Origin: Verrucomicrobiota bacterium
GTDB taxonomy: Bacteria > Verrucomicrobiota > Verrucomicrobiia > Methylacidiphilales > UBA1321
Length of the DNA: 64,000 nucleotides
Direction: 5' to 3'
NCBI GenBank assembly: GCA_013285645.1
Contig: JABDHJ010000011.1
Span: 544-64,543 of the forward strand
In this document: one piece after another, positions 20,201-30,000 of the stretch
How positions within the stretch are numbered: the first letter of the stretch is position 1
Layout of the letters: every line of letters starts with the position of its first letter
Made by a program: the position numbers and the translations under genes
The notes under the pieces: model-generated
What the model was told of the DNA's origin: nothing
Databases searched by the model: none
What the model saw: the letters and a program-made list of their open reading frames with translations, nothing else

Positions 20201-20710
20201 AGAGGCTGAGAGAAGAAGGATGTTCGAGTTGATGGTAAGAGATGACTCGCCGGTGACGATATGCAGAAGTGACGTGCTGGGGAGCACCCCAAAATTCAAT
20301 GAGACTGTCTGGGCAGCCGAGGAAGCGCTGCTGTCGATGATGACATTATTGGCACCTTTGCCCGTTCCAAGGACAACGGCGCTGCCCGTGATATTGAAGC
20401 TTTGCGCAGTACCTATGGTGGGATCGACAAAGGTGATCGAATTAATCGCAAATGTTGCGGTGTTGTTATTTGCCGTCAACTGTGTGGCCGTAACGCTACC
20501 AAAGACCAAATCATCGTGGCTGAAAATTCCCGGCTTTGTGCCCTGCCAGTTGTTACTATTCGAGAAATTACCGTTGGTGGCGTTCTGGCCCGTGTAAATG
20601 TCCGTGGCTCCAAACACTGCAGATGAACCCAGCACCAGAGAGGCGAGCGGAAGTATTAACGTGCAAAGACGCGCGAAATATTTAGTGGTTAAGCAAGTAG
20701 GTGTTTTCAT
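17216..20710 (-). CDS. Autotransporter (type Va) with Gly/Asn/Thr-rich passenger and C-terminal beta-barrel
   Basis: Signal peptide; passenger repeats (KNGAGTFTLYGASDYSGNTTINEG; LTKIGNGALYLKGNNTYSAGTTLDNG); LTPNQ linker; barrel strands (SLRSRLGGR, ASWQHEF) ending in aromatic IGF. Confidence 0.92.
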   Translation of the reverse strand: MKTPTCLTTKYFARLCTLILPLASLVLGSSAVFGATDIYTGQNATNGNFSNSNNWQGTKPGIFSHDDLVFGSVTATQLTANNNTATFAINSITFVDPTIGTAQSFNITGSAVVLGTGKGANNVIIDSSASSAAQTVSLNFGVLPSTSLLHIVTGESSLTINSNILLLSASLGFEGPGLITVNGQITGAGTNSRAATLVIGDFSTSTSGNVLLAGNNVNLLPNSSGYSVNLQNGSLTIGNTNALGTGNLLINGTTNNVLASNAAYSIANGITANISFTVLPTENLQINGAVNLTPVDSATSIVVTNGTAGSQGSIQFNGGVTGGGVGNSIVLQGIGNSSDLSHFIISGNTASTYVGTMIVDNEANLELNVTPAHSAITGDLSITQGSVVTLDQSNQLTTTANLNVDGGFEMNGHQETIDSLTGEGTVTIGAGGQLTFNSGNFGGVGVTALTDGLDIPGGQVVKNGAGTFTLYGASDYSGNTTINEGVFAAGAFFVLDANSRYVVNSTGTLAIMGKNNSIGSLTGNGVVENGGASVAGITVGADNTSTQFRGTIQDGDGGGALYLTKIGNGALYLKGNNTYSAGTTLDNGELIVGSPTALGSGDVVVTGGTLRLGHTGSPMDINVGGSYAQFGGALQLAVFGGATNDNDALVVSGNFVSLNQASTLHLFSLNGGVVASTDLSYDLIHNNAGNIMGTFGTVTGLSNFVIPTGLFGTLDYTPTDVTLVFRQYLGLTPGLTPNQQTIANFLDRMEGINTAGNFGKVVDGLYNGGPAGLPGNLDQLSPEQFAKFTSVTAFNNASFETQAMDNYLNSLRHGANGTFVGSNGTIDSSGLTVNDPSYDPALAQVHSRLLAWSPTPQSGLLSDSGDAVLGGVEMKDQKDMKSMAAPAYTNPWNVFVRGNVILAQGFSQTDVGHFNDNTESVVIGTDYRLCPNFLIGATLGYANTSATLDNNGSSANVDSYSPGVYAAWANKGWYANFSGAYTYNSYSETRNIAFLGQNSTGSSEGNEGVVNLDGGYDFHSGGMTFGPLIGLQYTHLTVNGFNEGGSAASLNVNQDQSDSLRSRLGGRVDFNTKMFGINVNPHLDASWQHEFMDQSRGITSQFNGFGGGSFIVQTNNPSRESALVDAGINIDVTDTITVFTDYMAQAGQSNYFGQSVQAGAKIGF

Positions 20711-21057
20711 TCAAATTCCTTGTTGGATACTATCGCGAAGAATGGAGAGTTTATTTGGAGTGTCGATAGTTTTTTGGGCTAAATAAATACAATTTGTTAA
20801 TATAACTTAAAAACGCGTTCTTATCATTTATCCACAAGTACTTATGAACATTACACATGGAGACTCGAATAGAATCAGGCTCAAAAGAGGCCATGCAATC
20901 TTGTTACTACGTCAATCAGATTGTGGCATTCCGAAGACTCTCAAACTTGAAAACAGGCCCTTATGAGACCTCTGCGAAAGTCGTCTTTTCGTTACCGCAA
21001 GCCGAAGGCTTGTCACAATCCTAGCCGGTGGTAAGACCGCACCAGACCTCGCTTCAC

Positions 21058-24000
21058 CTATTCCTGGACAGGTTCCAAAAAGCGATCGACGACTTTACCC
21101 GTGTAGCGGTCGATGGCGATGTGAAGCCAGTAGCGCTTTTCTCCATCTGGAACAAAGCTGTCGAATGAAGCGCCGGGAGCAAGCGATTGAGAATAACGCC
21201 CCGATTGGGCGATGATATCGATTAGTAAATTCCACGTTCGAGCGTTGCCAACTTCAGAGAGCGCGCGGATCGCAGCTTCGCGCTGAATTTTTGCGCTCTG
21301 GGCGGTAAAGCCGTCCGTGGTAAGAATCGTTTCTCCGGAGGTGGGATCGAGCGCACTCGTCACCATTTCGGCCCGGGACCGCAACGGTAACGTCCCGGTG
21401 GCCGTGATTAAGGCGTCAGCCAAGGTATCGGCCTGGGCCGTGGTTAAAGGACTGGCAACCGTATCGGTCACATGGTTCGGATTGATGGCCCCGCCGCCAA
21501 GGACTTCGGCCAGGGCCTGGGCGTTGCGAGTGTTGAGATCAATCGTGCCCGCAACGACGTCGGCGTCACTCACGCTGAAAAGATCGAGCAGTCCGGCATC
21601 TCCGCTGTCCTTGGTGAAAAAATCGAGGGTCTTCCAAGGCAGGTCCCGCCCAACATAACCAAGTTCCCCCACCGAGCGGAAAGGACGATTGAGGAAAACC
21701 GGCCGCGCGAGATTGGGTTGAGAGATCGTACTTTGGATTCCCGGATGACCGTCATTGGTCGAGGAATTATTATAGGCGGAATCCCCTCGCCGCAGTGTCC
21801 CGTCAGGATCCTTATAGTAGACGGTGGAGCTTGTGGTATTTTCCATAAGCCCACCCAGATAATAAAAAGGCTGGAGCGCTGTCGGAGGTTGAGGCGGAGC
21901 ATTGGCAGCGGTGTTTCCAAACCAGGTACTCGCGCCATAAGGAATGCACGCGTCGGAGGAATGGCCTATCCCGGTGTCGGGTCGGATCGTGTCGTCGATC
22001 AGAGGAGGAGTATCCAACAGATTGACACCGGTATCGCCACCGCGACCTTTGCTCGTGGAAAATCGGTCTGTGCGAGGATCGATTTTCTGGTCGAAACGGG
22101 CATTTGAATTTGAACTGATGACCGTCCAGGTGGAAATCCGCGTAACAACAGTGCCGGAAATGGTCACGGTGGAGGGAGAGAAATTGCTATCAGCCTCCAA
22201 GTTCTGGTTTTTTACGAGACTGTAGATCCGGTAGGTATTACTGGCAGGATCGAGATATTGCAACTCATAGGTAACTCCGGGAGTCGTGTCGGTGGGGGTT
22301 GAGACAAAAGGATTAATGCGCAAGGTATTGTAGGTCGTACAAGCGGGATCGAATGTGCCCGTGGCGGTAGTCGTCCCGGTAGGATAGCTTGTAACTGGCA
22401 CCGTATTTGTAGCGCAATAGGCCCAGTCCGGCGCGTAAGCACTCCCTACATAAAGCCCGACAAAGGGCGTTCCACCTCCTCCGTTCGCCAGCGATCCCGT
22501 GGTCAATGACCCATCTTGCACACAATTCGCGGTGGCCGTCGTTATGTCGCCGCTGGAAACCAATTTAGGCTCTGGGAAATTTTTTTGGATGCCCGTTGAA
22601 CTCAATTGAATATAGGTGGTACTTGGTGCCCAAGTCGTTTCCGCCGGACTCGACCCGTTGGCACCGGTGCCTGGCTTGAAGGTAAACGCCTCATATTTAA
22701 AAGTGGTGGTGGGAGTCTTACGGGAATAGACATCCCCGTGGATCGTACCGACGGCCGTAATCCGCAGAGCTGCGGGATAATTGGTGGCGGATGTATCGGG
22801 AGTTGAGGTCGCAGATTGATGCGGATTCCAAAGTTCAACTTGTTCCCAGCATCCAACATAAGGTTGATAGTAGTTTGTACTGCCGGGGAATGGAGGGTTG
22901 GCGGTCGATTTGTCGGTGTTAGCCAAGGGTGACGGCGGAGTAACCCAACGCACGCCGGTATCCACAATGCGGCTGATATAGGGAAGATTTTTGACACCAT
23001 AAAAAGTGCGAGCCCCTGAGAATGCCGTTGAACTTGAAACGAACACATCTCGCGAATCGGGCCCGAACTCAATCGCGGTGGGGAAACTGTCCACGCGGGC
23101 CTGATCAATGATGTTCACACCGATCTGGATGATGTGATAGGACTGGACGCTGTCATACCCGGAAGTATCGCCACTGCCGCCATACAGACTAAGACCGCCG
23201 CTGCTTCCGGTGAACGAATTCTGCGCGCCCGCCGTCTGCCCGAGCGAGCCATTCAGAATACCGGCCTGGAGCAGTTCAAAGAAATCGGGATCGCGCGCCG
23301 GGTTTTCCTGGGAGACGGTCGAGAGGGTCTCGATCGAAGTTTTGACCGAACTTACAGTAGGCAACGAAGTGCCGTGGACGCCGACATACGCCCAACAGTT
23401 ATTGTTAGTGTCCCAGATCAATCCGAAGGCGCGCCAGACATCATAAGCACTCGCGCCACTGGCGGGTGCATTATATCCCACCCAAGAAAGGCGGCTGAGA
23501 GGAAAACGGCGGGTGAGCAGAAAATCGCCCGCTTGAACGGTGTGAGATTTGAGGAGAGTTCCTCCGGGACTGATTGTCCCTCCTTGTGCGTAACGGAGAG
23601 TGAGGAGATCCGGATTTTGCGCTGTAACAGTGGCCGGAGTATAGGCCGGTGCATTGACGGCCCGGTTGAATGTACCGAGATAGGGCAGTGAAGATGCGAT
23701 ACCCGCGTAATTGGCATAAGCGATCAAATCCTGGCGACTTAGAAACGTGTTGTCGCCCGACTGGACCTGGAGAAAGCCATTCGTCGCCTGTATGTTATAA
23801 ACATAGTTGGTGTAACCGCTTTCACTCGTATCCGTCGCCACGTTCCGCCAGCCGGAAAGAGCGGTCATTTGTGCGGGAGTGAAAACGCTGTTCGTCAAGG
23901 CAGCCATCGCGAGGCTGCCCCGGTTGCCAATGTCGTCGGCACTCGGCGCGCCGGTTCCACTGTTGGGTGCACCCGCCACCGTTGTATCGAGCAAGCCGCC

Positions 24001-24684
24001 TTCGTTGTAAACGATATAGGCATAGCGTCCCACCACGTAATTCGGATTGGAGGAAGCCCCGTTGTTGAGCGTGTTTCCCGTGCTTCCGAAAGCCAAACCT
24101 GCCGCATTGGTTGGGCCGCTCCGGGTCATCAGAATCCAGTCGGGCACCGGCATGATTCCGGCGTTGGTTTCCGTTGGCAGCAAAAGTTGAGGTGCCTGCC
24201 AGCGGGTGGCCGAAAGGTAACGGCCATCGGGACTCGTATTTGTGGTCGAACTGGCCACCGCCAGATTCACGGGAATCTGTCCTGCATAAGCTGCCACTGG
24301 ATAGGCATCCTGATAATAAGTGGCATTCGCCGAACTGACGCGAACGACATTAGTGTAGTCGTACCCCGTATCGTTGTAGCGGGCCGGGACCATCGTGATG
24401 TTGGTAAGGGGCTTGTAATAAGTGGGAGAAGTCGCCGTCGGCCCTGCCACGGCGGTCGATCCGGCAGTGATTTCCTGGTCAAGATCAGCAACCTGACGAT
24501 CCAGACCTCCCATCGCTATCTGGTCTGCGGAAAGCTCTCCGCCATAATTTTGTGTCGCAGTCCGTTCAAACTGCACCGTTCCCAAGTAGGCAATCAGCAG
24601 GATCGAAACAATCGTGACCAGCGCAAGGACTATAATCAGGGTCGCGCCCTCACGCCGATAACGCCCAACGGCCCGGTGTGTCAT
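21058..24684 (-). CDS. Verru_Chthon cassette protein A-like; large PilX/GspK-type prepilin-like protein
   Basis: RREG|ATLIIVLALVTIV type III-like leader with no Glu at +5; VVGRYAYIVYNEGGLLD, LNRPFRSVGELGY, GTIDLNTRN, GEKRYWLHIAIDRYTG; 4-nt overlap with the upstream gene. Confidence 0.8.
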   Translation of the reverse strand: MTHRAVGRYRREGATLIIVLALVTIVSILLIAYLGTVQFERTATQNYGGELSADQIAMGGLDRQVADLDQEITAGSTAVAGPTATSPTYYKPLTNITMVPARYNDTGYDYTNVVRVSSANATYYQDAYPVAAYAGQIPVNLAVASSTTNTSPDGRYLSATRWQAPQLLLPTETNAGIMPVPDWILMTRSGPTNAAGLAFGSTGNTLNNGASSNPNYVVGRYAYIVYNEGGLLDTTVAGAPNSGTGAPSADDIGNRGSLAMAALTNSVFTPAQMTALSGWRNVATDTSESGYTNYVYNIQATNGFLQVQSGDNTFLSRQDLIAYANYAGIASSLPYLGTFNRAVNAPAYTPATVTAQNPDLLTLRYAQGGTISPGGTLLKSHTVQAGDFLLTRRFPLSRLSWVGYNAPASGASAYDVWRAFGLIWDTNNNCWAYVGVHGTSLPTVSSVKTSIETLSTVSQENPARDPDFFELLQAGILNGSLGQTAGAQNSFTGSSGGLSLYGGSGDTSGYDSVQSYHIIQIGVNIIDQARVDSFPTAIEFGPDSRDVFVSSSTAFSGARTFYGVKNLPYISRIVDTGVRWVTPPSPLANTDKSTANPPFPGSTNYYQPYVGCWEQVELWNPHQSATSTPDTSATNYPAALRITAVGTIHGDVYSRKTPTTTFKYEAFTFKPGTGANGSSPAETTWAPSTTYIQLSSTGIQKNFPEPKLVSSGDITTATANCVQDGSLTTGSLANGGGGTPFVGLYVGSAYAPDWAYCATNTVPVTSYPTGTTTATGTFDPACTTYNTLRINPFVSTPTDTTPGVTYELQYLDPASNTYRIYSLVKNQNLEADSNFSPSTVTISGTVVTRISTWTVISSNSNARFDQKIDPRTDRFSTSKGRGGDTGVNLLDTPPLIDDTIRPDTGIGHSSDACIPYGASTWFGNTAANAPPQPPTALQPFYYLGGLMENTTSSTVYYKDPDGTLRRGDSAYNNSSTNDGHPGIQSTISQPNLARPVFLNRPFRSVGELGYVGRDLPWKTLDFFTKDSGDAGLLDLFSVSDADVVAGTIDLNTRNAQALAEVLGGGAINPNHVTDTVASPLTTAQADTLADALITATGTLPLRSRAEMVTSALDPTSGETILTTDGFTAQSAKIQREAAIRALSEVGNARTWNLLIDIIAQSGRYSQSLAPGASFDSFVPDGEKRYWLHIAIDRYTGKVVDRFLEPVQE

Positions 24685-25535
24685 AAAATCGGCTTCGGCA
24701 AGTCGACGGTCCGTTCAAAAAAACGCAGCCCGGTTTTGACTTGCTGCGGGTACGCGCTGATTCCTGGAGAGGAATTGATGGCGTTTTCCCAGTCCATCTT
24801 GGGGCTCGTGGCGCTTCCGCCGGAAGTTTCTGTGCCGGTGCTTCCAGCCGAAGCCTGGGTCAGCAACGTCAAAAGAGTCTGCCCCTTCGTGGAATTAACC
24901 AGCGTCTTCAAAGAACCCGGATCGAGCAGGGCCAGGGATACCGTGGCCGCAAGGGTGCTCGTGCTTGAGTAACCGGCTGAAAAGGTGCCGTCCTGTTGTA
25001 GAAAGGTCACTTGGAAGGCAACCACCCCGTCCAGTACGTCGCTGACGACGGGGTCCGTGCGAGTCGCCGCAGGATAGCCCAAGGGAATGCTGGTAAGAGG
25101 TGGATCCGACCAAAGGACCGCTTGATCGCCTCTCGCGAGATATGAACTGGCTCCGTTCTGGTTCCAAGTGTATTCGATATAAGAAAGCGGTCGATAGGTA
25201 GTGGCGGCGGTCGCGGTCGCACTCGCGGTGGCCGAACCCGTGTTTCGCGAATAAAACGACAGGGTCGTGCCGGAATCGGTCACTGCGATCCAATTTGTCT
25301 GGTTCAAGTCGGGCCGGTTCACGCCCACCGCTAATTCCCGGCACAACAAATCGAGAATCGCGCGGGCATTGCCGGAGTTCTCGGCATTCTGTAAGGCTCC
25401 GTGGGAAACCGTGCCGACAGAAGTGGCCATCGTGCCGAGAAACAAGAGCATGATCGACAAGACGGCCATCGCCACGAGCACCTCGACCAACGAGAACGCC
25501 ATCCGACACTCATGACCAGAAGGAGGAGCTTTCAT
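24681..25535 (-). CDS. Prepilin-type N-methylation protein, Verru_Chthon C / PilW-GspJ-like
   Basis: RMA|FSLVEVLVAMAVLSIML; ARAILDLLCREL; 4-nt overlaps on both sides. Confidence 0.82.
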   Translation of the reverse strand: MKAPPSGHECRMAFSLVEVLVAMAVLSIMLLFLGTMATSVGTVSHGALQNAENSGNARAILDLLCRELAVGVNRPDLNQTNWIAVTDSGTTLSFYSRNTGSATASATATAATTYRPLSYIEYTWNQNGASSYLARGDQAVLWSDPPLTSIPLGYPAATRTDPVVSDVLDGVVAFQVTFLQQDGTFSAGYSSTSTLAATVSLALLDPGSLKTLVNSTKGQTLLTLLTQASAGSTGTETSGGSATSPKMDWENAINSSPGISAYPQQVKTGLRFFERTVDLPKPIL

Positions 25536-26020
25536 TGCGGCATCAAGACCTGGGTAGTCATCTCATATCGACCCGGGGCCGTGCTTGGATCGGCACCCGG
25601 AGGCCAGGTCAGGAGTACATGGATCAGTCCAATGCTGGAGTTCACCGAGTTCGTTCCCACCTGATAACTCAATCGAAAAGCCGCTGCGGATTCGGGACTG
25701 GAAGAACCCGCAAAATCGACCCAGGTCGTCACTGGAGACGTGGGATAGGTTTGATCCAATGACGGCAGAATGGCGCTGGTCAGGGTGTTCGTCGGGGCAT
25801 CGCGTCGCTCGGTAACCAGCAGCGTCGCCAAGTCGGCCGCCTGCATTTGCTGTCGCGAATCCAAGTCAAGGCGCAACCCGTTCGAAAGCAAACTCATCAT
25901 TGGAAACAAGGCGAGCATACAAACGCCGAGCGCAATCACCACTTCAATCAGGGAGAAGGCCCGGCAACCTGCGGCGCGGGAAAAGAGTTTGCCTCTTTTC
26001 AATGACGGCTTTTTCTTCAT
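25532..26020 (-). CDS. Prepilin-type protein, Verru_Chthon B / PilV-GspI-like
   Basis: CRA|FSLIEVVIALGV; 162 aa; C-terminal LLTWPP. Confidence 0.82.
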   Translation of the reverse strand: MKKKPSLKRGKLFSRAAGCRAFSLIEVVIALGVCMLALFPMMSLLSNGLRLDLDSRQQMQAADLATLLVTERRDAPTNTLTSAILPSLDQTYPTSPVTTWVDFAGSSSPESAAAFRLSYQVGTNSVNSSIGLIHVLLTWPPGADPSTAPGRYEMTTQVLMPQ

Positions 26021-26745
26021 GGTCGATAAAGCAAAGTCTTGCCCGTAATGAAGGGCAAGCGGAAGCAGGCCACATTTTGATTCGTTACCGTGGTGGCAGG
26101 AACCGATCCCGGCTGCACTCCGAATTCGACGAAAGCGACTGGATTCGTGCCGTTATAAACCAGTCCCGTGGGGGCATACTCCAGAACTCGATTGTAGGTT
26201 GCCTGCCCGGTCGGCGTGCTGATCGTAAAGGAAAGACCCGAGGCCAGGCCGTTGAGGCTGGCACCGAGGGGAAGCGGCAATTTGGGAATTTGCGCCGTCG
26301 TTAGCGTGCCCGAATCGAGGAATTGGCACTGCGCGTAGTTCGCGCGTTTGGCTACGACAAGGAAACGAGAATCTGGCAGAGTGATGGAGGACGACCAACT
26401 TGCAGAGAAGGGATTCGTCCCATCGGTCGAGGCCACCACCACTGTCCCCAGGGGAGGATCGGACGGAGAAGCGGGTATCGCGAACGCCACCCAAACGTAG
26501 GTGTTGTGCGCCACGGCAGTCTGACGGGCCAGGCTCAGGGTTTCACTAAGACCGCTCACCGCCGTGTTGAACTTACCAGAGCGGCTCAGACCTGTGAGTG
26601 AAGGAAGCGCCAAAGCCGTTAAAATGCCCATGATAGAGATCACGACTAGAAGTTCTATCAAAGTGAACCCCTTGGTTGAACGCGTATATCTTATAGAAGA
26701 GTTATCGGCGTTGCGGAGGGAGAAGTTTATTAGCAAGAAGCACAT
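26017..26745 (-). CDS. Prepilin-type protein, Verru_Chthon D / FimU-GspH-like
   Basis: TKG|FTLIELLVVISIMGIL; LSLARQTAVAHNTYVWV; C-terminal ITGKTLLYRP. Confidence 0.85.
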   Translation of the reverse strand: MCFLLINFSLRNADNSSIRYTRSTKGFTLIELLVVISIMGILTALALPSLTGLSRSGKFNTAVSGLSETLSLARQTAVAHNTYVWVAFAIPASPSDPPLGTVVVASTDGTNPFSASWSSSITLPDSRFLVVAKRANYAQCQFLDSGTLTTAQIPKLPLPLGASLNGLASGLSFTISTPTGQATYNRVLEYAPTGLVYNGTNPVAFVEFGVQPGSVPATTVTNQNVACFRLPFITGKTLLYRP

Positions 26746-26805
26746 GGCATTTAGTTTTATCTGCTATCTAGTAATATACCTGCTTCAACGTCATTCGGTA
26801 TATAT

Positions 26806-26817
26806 GTATCTATATAT
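26806..26817. promoter_or_regulatory. Candidate operator GTATCTATATAT, copy 1, upstream of the pilin cassette
   Basis: Identical 12-mer at 33323-33334; both lie 60-80 nt upstream of minus-strand operon starts, in the same orientation. Confidence 0.4.
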
Positions 26818-26928
26818 CTTCGCCATTTTGGGAAATAACTATGCTGCCCGATCATTCGCCCTAGGTAAAAAACCGGGCGTCTCTCGAGCCTCGCGCCAAA
26901 AGGAATGATGACCGACTGTCGAAACGTT

Positions 26929-28059
26929 CTACTTGAGAAAGTTGTCCTGACGAGCCCTTTTACGAAGCAAGATCAAGCACAGCAATCCCAAACCAAGAGC
27001 GAGCATAGCATCCGTGCCAGGTTCAGGAACGGACTCGACCGCAGCGATTCCTGAGAAAAATTCAGATCCAGTACTAGTCCCCAGAACATCCACGGCTCCA
27101 AATCCTGTCGTGCTGTTAAAGGAGACTTCGTCGAACGTGTTGGTACTTGTTCCAGTCAGACTAGCCGATCCCGACAAGGTGGTGGTCGTAAAGAAGATAA
27201 GAGCATCGGTCGAATCGACTTGATCGACCGACAGCTGAAGGGGCGCCGCAGAGAGGGTAAGCGTTTGTGCAATATTCCAACTGTTAAGTGTGGCTGGAGT
27301 TGAGCTCCCAAAAATTTGAATCTGGTCTACGGAAGAATCGGCGACAATAAGGGTATTGGAACCAAGAACGCCCAAACCGTCGTAGACGTCGCTTCTGACC
27401 CAACCTGTACCGCTTAGCTCAGTGAAGGCCACGGGTGTCGTAACCAATCCCTGCCCGCCCGTGGTGGGGGTTTCAACTCCTCCATTGGAACCTGATAACC
27501 GGGTAACATACAAATTGCTAGTCGCACTATTGTAGGTGACGGTTTGCGCAGAGAAACCTGTGGTTGCAACGCTAGTAGTCGCTGTGCCGCCAGCGGCAAC
27601 AAATCCGGGCGCTGTTGAGCCACCGGTCGCCAGATAAAAGGCGGTTCCATCCTGAGTATAGTTAGATCGAGATGTAGCAGTACCGGTATTCGCAGCCACA
27701 GAGAAAGTACCCGTGGCAGTAGTAAAGAGAATCTCACTATTTTTACTATTTGAAGTTGTAAAACCCGCGTAACTAAGAAGTGCTCCATTGCCAGACGTTT
27801 GAAGAGCGGATCCATTGGTCACACTCGCACCGGTGACTCCAGTCATAGCGTAAGTATTCACTAAGGTTGCCGTGCCAGTCGTACTGAAACTATAATCCAG
27901 AAGATTCACCGAAGAGTCTGTCGACGATGTTTCAGAGACATAGAAATTGACGTCTTGTGCCTGGACTTTATTTCCTGCGAACAGCGCCGATACGAGAAGA
28001 GCGACGGTAACGCCCGCAAATTTGGTAGCAGAGACAGAACGGAAAGTGAAGTGCTTCAT
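26929..28059 (-). CDS. PEP-CTERM surface protein, Ser/Thr-rich
   Basis: Signal peptide ending VQA-QD; C-terminal VPEPGTDAMLALGLGLLCLILLRKRAR. Confidence 0.88.
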   Translation of the reverse strand: MKHFTFRSVSATKFAGVTVALLVSALFAGNKVQAQDVNFYVSETSSTDSSVNLLDYSFSTTGTATLVNTYAMTGVTGASVTNGSALQTSGNGALLSYAGFTTSNSKNSEILFTTATGTFSVAANTGTATSRSNYTQDGTAFYLATGGSTAPGFVAAGGTATTSVATTGFSAQTVTYNSATSNLYVTRLSGSNGGVETPTTGGQGLVTTPVAFTELSGTGWVRSDVYDGLGVLGSNTLIVADSSVDQIQIFGSSTPATLNSWNIAQTLTLSAAPLQLSVDQVDSTDALIFFTTTTLSGSASLTGTSTNTFDEVSFNSTTGFGAVDVLGTSTGSEFFSGIAAVESVPEPGTDAMLALGLGLLCLILLRKRARQDNFLK

Positions 28060-28488
28060 AATTGTTTTCTAATTTTCGAGCCCAAAGAAAGCATCGTTCA
28101 TGTATTAAAGTCCAGTGTCTTTAGGTGACGTTTTAAAGAACTTTTGCGCGCGCAAGAATGTAGCTAAAACGTCGCTTGTTTGACGCAGTAATGCCGCAAT
28201 TGATTTATGACTTATAGATGCATATAGATAAAGTTTTCATCCCTGGAGCGAATAATCTATACTTGAAAAGGCGCTTGTTTATCGAGGTGATCACGACCAT
28301 CTCATCGCCTTTTACATCTCTCTAAAGATCGTTAAGACATCCGACATATCCCAAGCGTATTTTTCGGCCTCCAATTCCACAAAAAAGGGGTATTTGCGAT
28401 TAACTTCTGCAATAGACAAAAATTCCGCTGGTCAGTGAAGGTTTGTCCACCGAGTTCAAACGCGGAATAACCCTCCCCGGCGTATTTC

Positions 28489-29991
28489 TCAGGCTGCCGG
28501 TGGGGAGATATGTTTGCGGGAGCCTGTCTCCTGCACGGGTTCTGTCTGGCCTTGCGTGGGCACGACCGGAGGCGGGAAATCCCTGCTTACATTCGCCTTC
28601 GCGAGCAGTTCCGCTGTATTTGGCAAGGGAGGTGGTCCGGCGACGGTTTCCTCAAACCGGAATGGGGAGGTCAGGTCGCCAAATGTCTGGCGGCGCCAGT
28701 CGCTGATGTTGGGCTCGCGGACGCCGGTAAACTTTTCCAGGAATTGCAAAACCGAAGTGTGATCGAAGGGCTGGCTGCTGACCCATCCCCCGGCCGTCCA
28801 GGGAGAGACGATAATACAGGGAACGCGGAAACCTCCGCCGATCGGAAGACCATCAAGAAATTCATCCGTCGTGCCGGGGGGAGGCACGGGCGGCGGGACG
28901 TGATCGAAAAGGCCGTCGTTCTCATCGTAGTTGAGAATAAAGACTGTCTTGGCCCAGACCTTCGGGTTGGCGGCAATGGCATCGACGATGCTGGCCACAA
29001 ACGCCGCCCCGGCGGCAGGCATGTGATCGGGATGTTCCGATGCAAAACCGGGAGGATAGATCCACGAAACCGCGGGCAGGTTATCATTGAGCGCGTCCTG
29101 CCGGAACTGATCATCGCTCGAAGGCGTCATCGCCTTTTTGAAAAGAGGCGAGTCCGGCGTGGCGTTGTTATACTGTTGGAAACAGGCAAGCACATTGAAC
29201 CCATAGTTCATGGTGTCCATTTGCCCTTCAGAAGTCTCCTTTTTCGTTTCGTTGTGATAGACCTTCCAGCTGATTCCAGCCTCCTCAAGCCTTTCGGGAT
29301 AAGTCTTCCACTTAATTCCGTACCCCGGGGGATGATTGTTGATCATCGCCCCCTCGATCGATCCGGGCGGATGGTTTATTCCGGTCATCCAGTACAACCG
29401 ATTCGGATAGGTCGGCCCCATGACGGAGCAATAATAGTCGTCGCAAATCGTGAACGCCTCCGCCAAGGCAAAGTGAAAAGGAATATCGGCGCGGGTAAAA
29501 TGCCCCATGACGTAAGGACCGTTCTGCTTGTCCGCCTTGCGATGAGCGGGAATCCAGTTATCCATTTTGCCCCCATTCCAGGACGCATGCTGGGTTTTCC
29601 ACGTATGACTGGTTGAGGGAAGTTTCTGTGCGTTGCTACTAGTGGTATCCAAATGAAACGGCAAGAGGTAACCATCAGGACTGAGAGCATCCGGCTGATA
29701 GAAGACCGATTTACCTGTATCGAGTTTCAACGCGTCGGGATCGTTAAATCCCCTCACCCCGGACAGGGTCCCAAAGTAATGATCAAACGAACGATTTTCC
29801 TGCATCAACATCACGACATGCTTGATGTCTTTAAATGAAGCGCTGGTCGGTGGAGGCTCGGCCAACGCCCGGCGCAGATTGGGAGGCAGAAACGCGGAAG
29901 CAAAAGTGGTGGCCGCGATACCCGCGCCATATCCGAGCAAACGACGACGGGTCATTTGCATATGCATCAGCTTATTTTCGTCTGGATTCAT
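28489..29991 (-). CDS. Tat-exported phospholipase C / phosphoesterase family protein (short form)
   Basis: MTRRRLL twin-arginine leader; IKHVVMLMQENRSFDHYFG, GPTYPNR, SEHP, NYDENDGLFDHV, GGFRVP, FDHTSVL. Confidence 0.92.
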   Translation of the reverse strand: MNPDENKLMHMQMTRRRLLGYGAGIAATTFASAFLPPNLRRALAEPPPTSASFKDIKHVVMLMQENRSFDHYFGTLSGVRGFNDPDALKLDTGKSVFYQPDALSPDGYLLPFHLDTTSSNAQKLPSTSHTWKTQHASWNGGKMDNWIPAHRKADKQNGPYVMGHFTRADIPFHFALAEAFTICDDYYCSVMGPTYPNRLYWMTGINHPPGSIEGAMINNHPPGYGIKWKTYPERLEEAGISWKVYHNETKKETSEGQMDTMNYGFNVLACFQQYNNATPDSPLFKKAMTPSSDDQFRQDALNDNLPAVSWIYPPGFASEHPDHMPAAGAAFVASIVDAIAANPKVWAKTVFILNYDENDGLFDHVPPPVPPPGTTDEFLDGLPIGGGFRVPCIIVSPWTAGGWVSSQPFDHTSVLQFLEKFTGVREPNISDWRRQTFGDLTSPFRFEETVAGPPPLPNTAELLAKANVSRDFPPPVVPTQGQTEPVQETGSRKHISPPAA

Positions 29992-30000
29992 AGCGTAGGA

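Noticed and set aside
20828-20836. Perfect DnaA box TTATCCACA in an AT-rich intergenic region
   Set aside because: Single box with no dnaA/dnaN/gidA context; insufficient for oriC.
20711-21057. Possible riboswitch (e.g. c-di-GMP) upstream of the autotransporter
   Set aside because: Only short hairpins (CAAGCC-GAA-GGCTTG); no recognisable aptamer consensus by eye.
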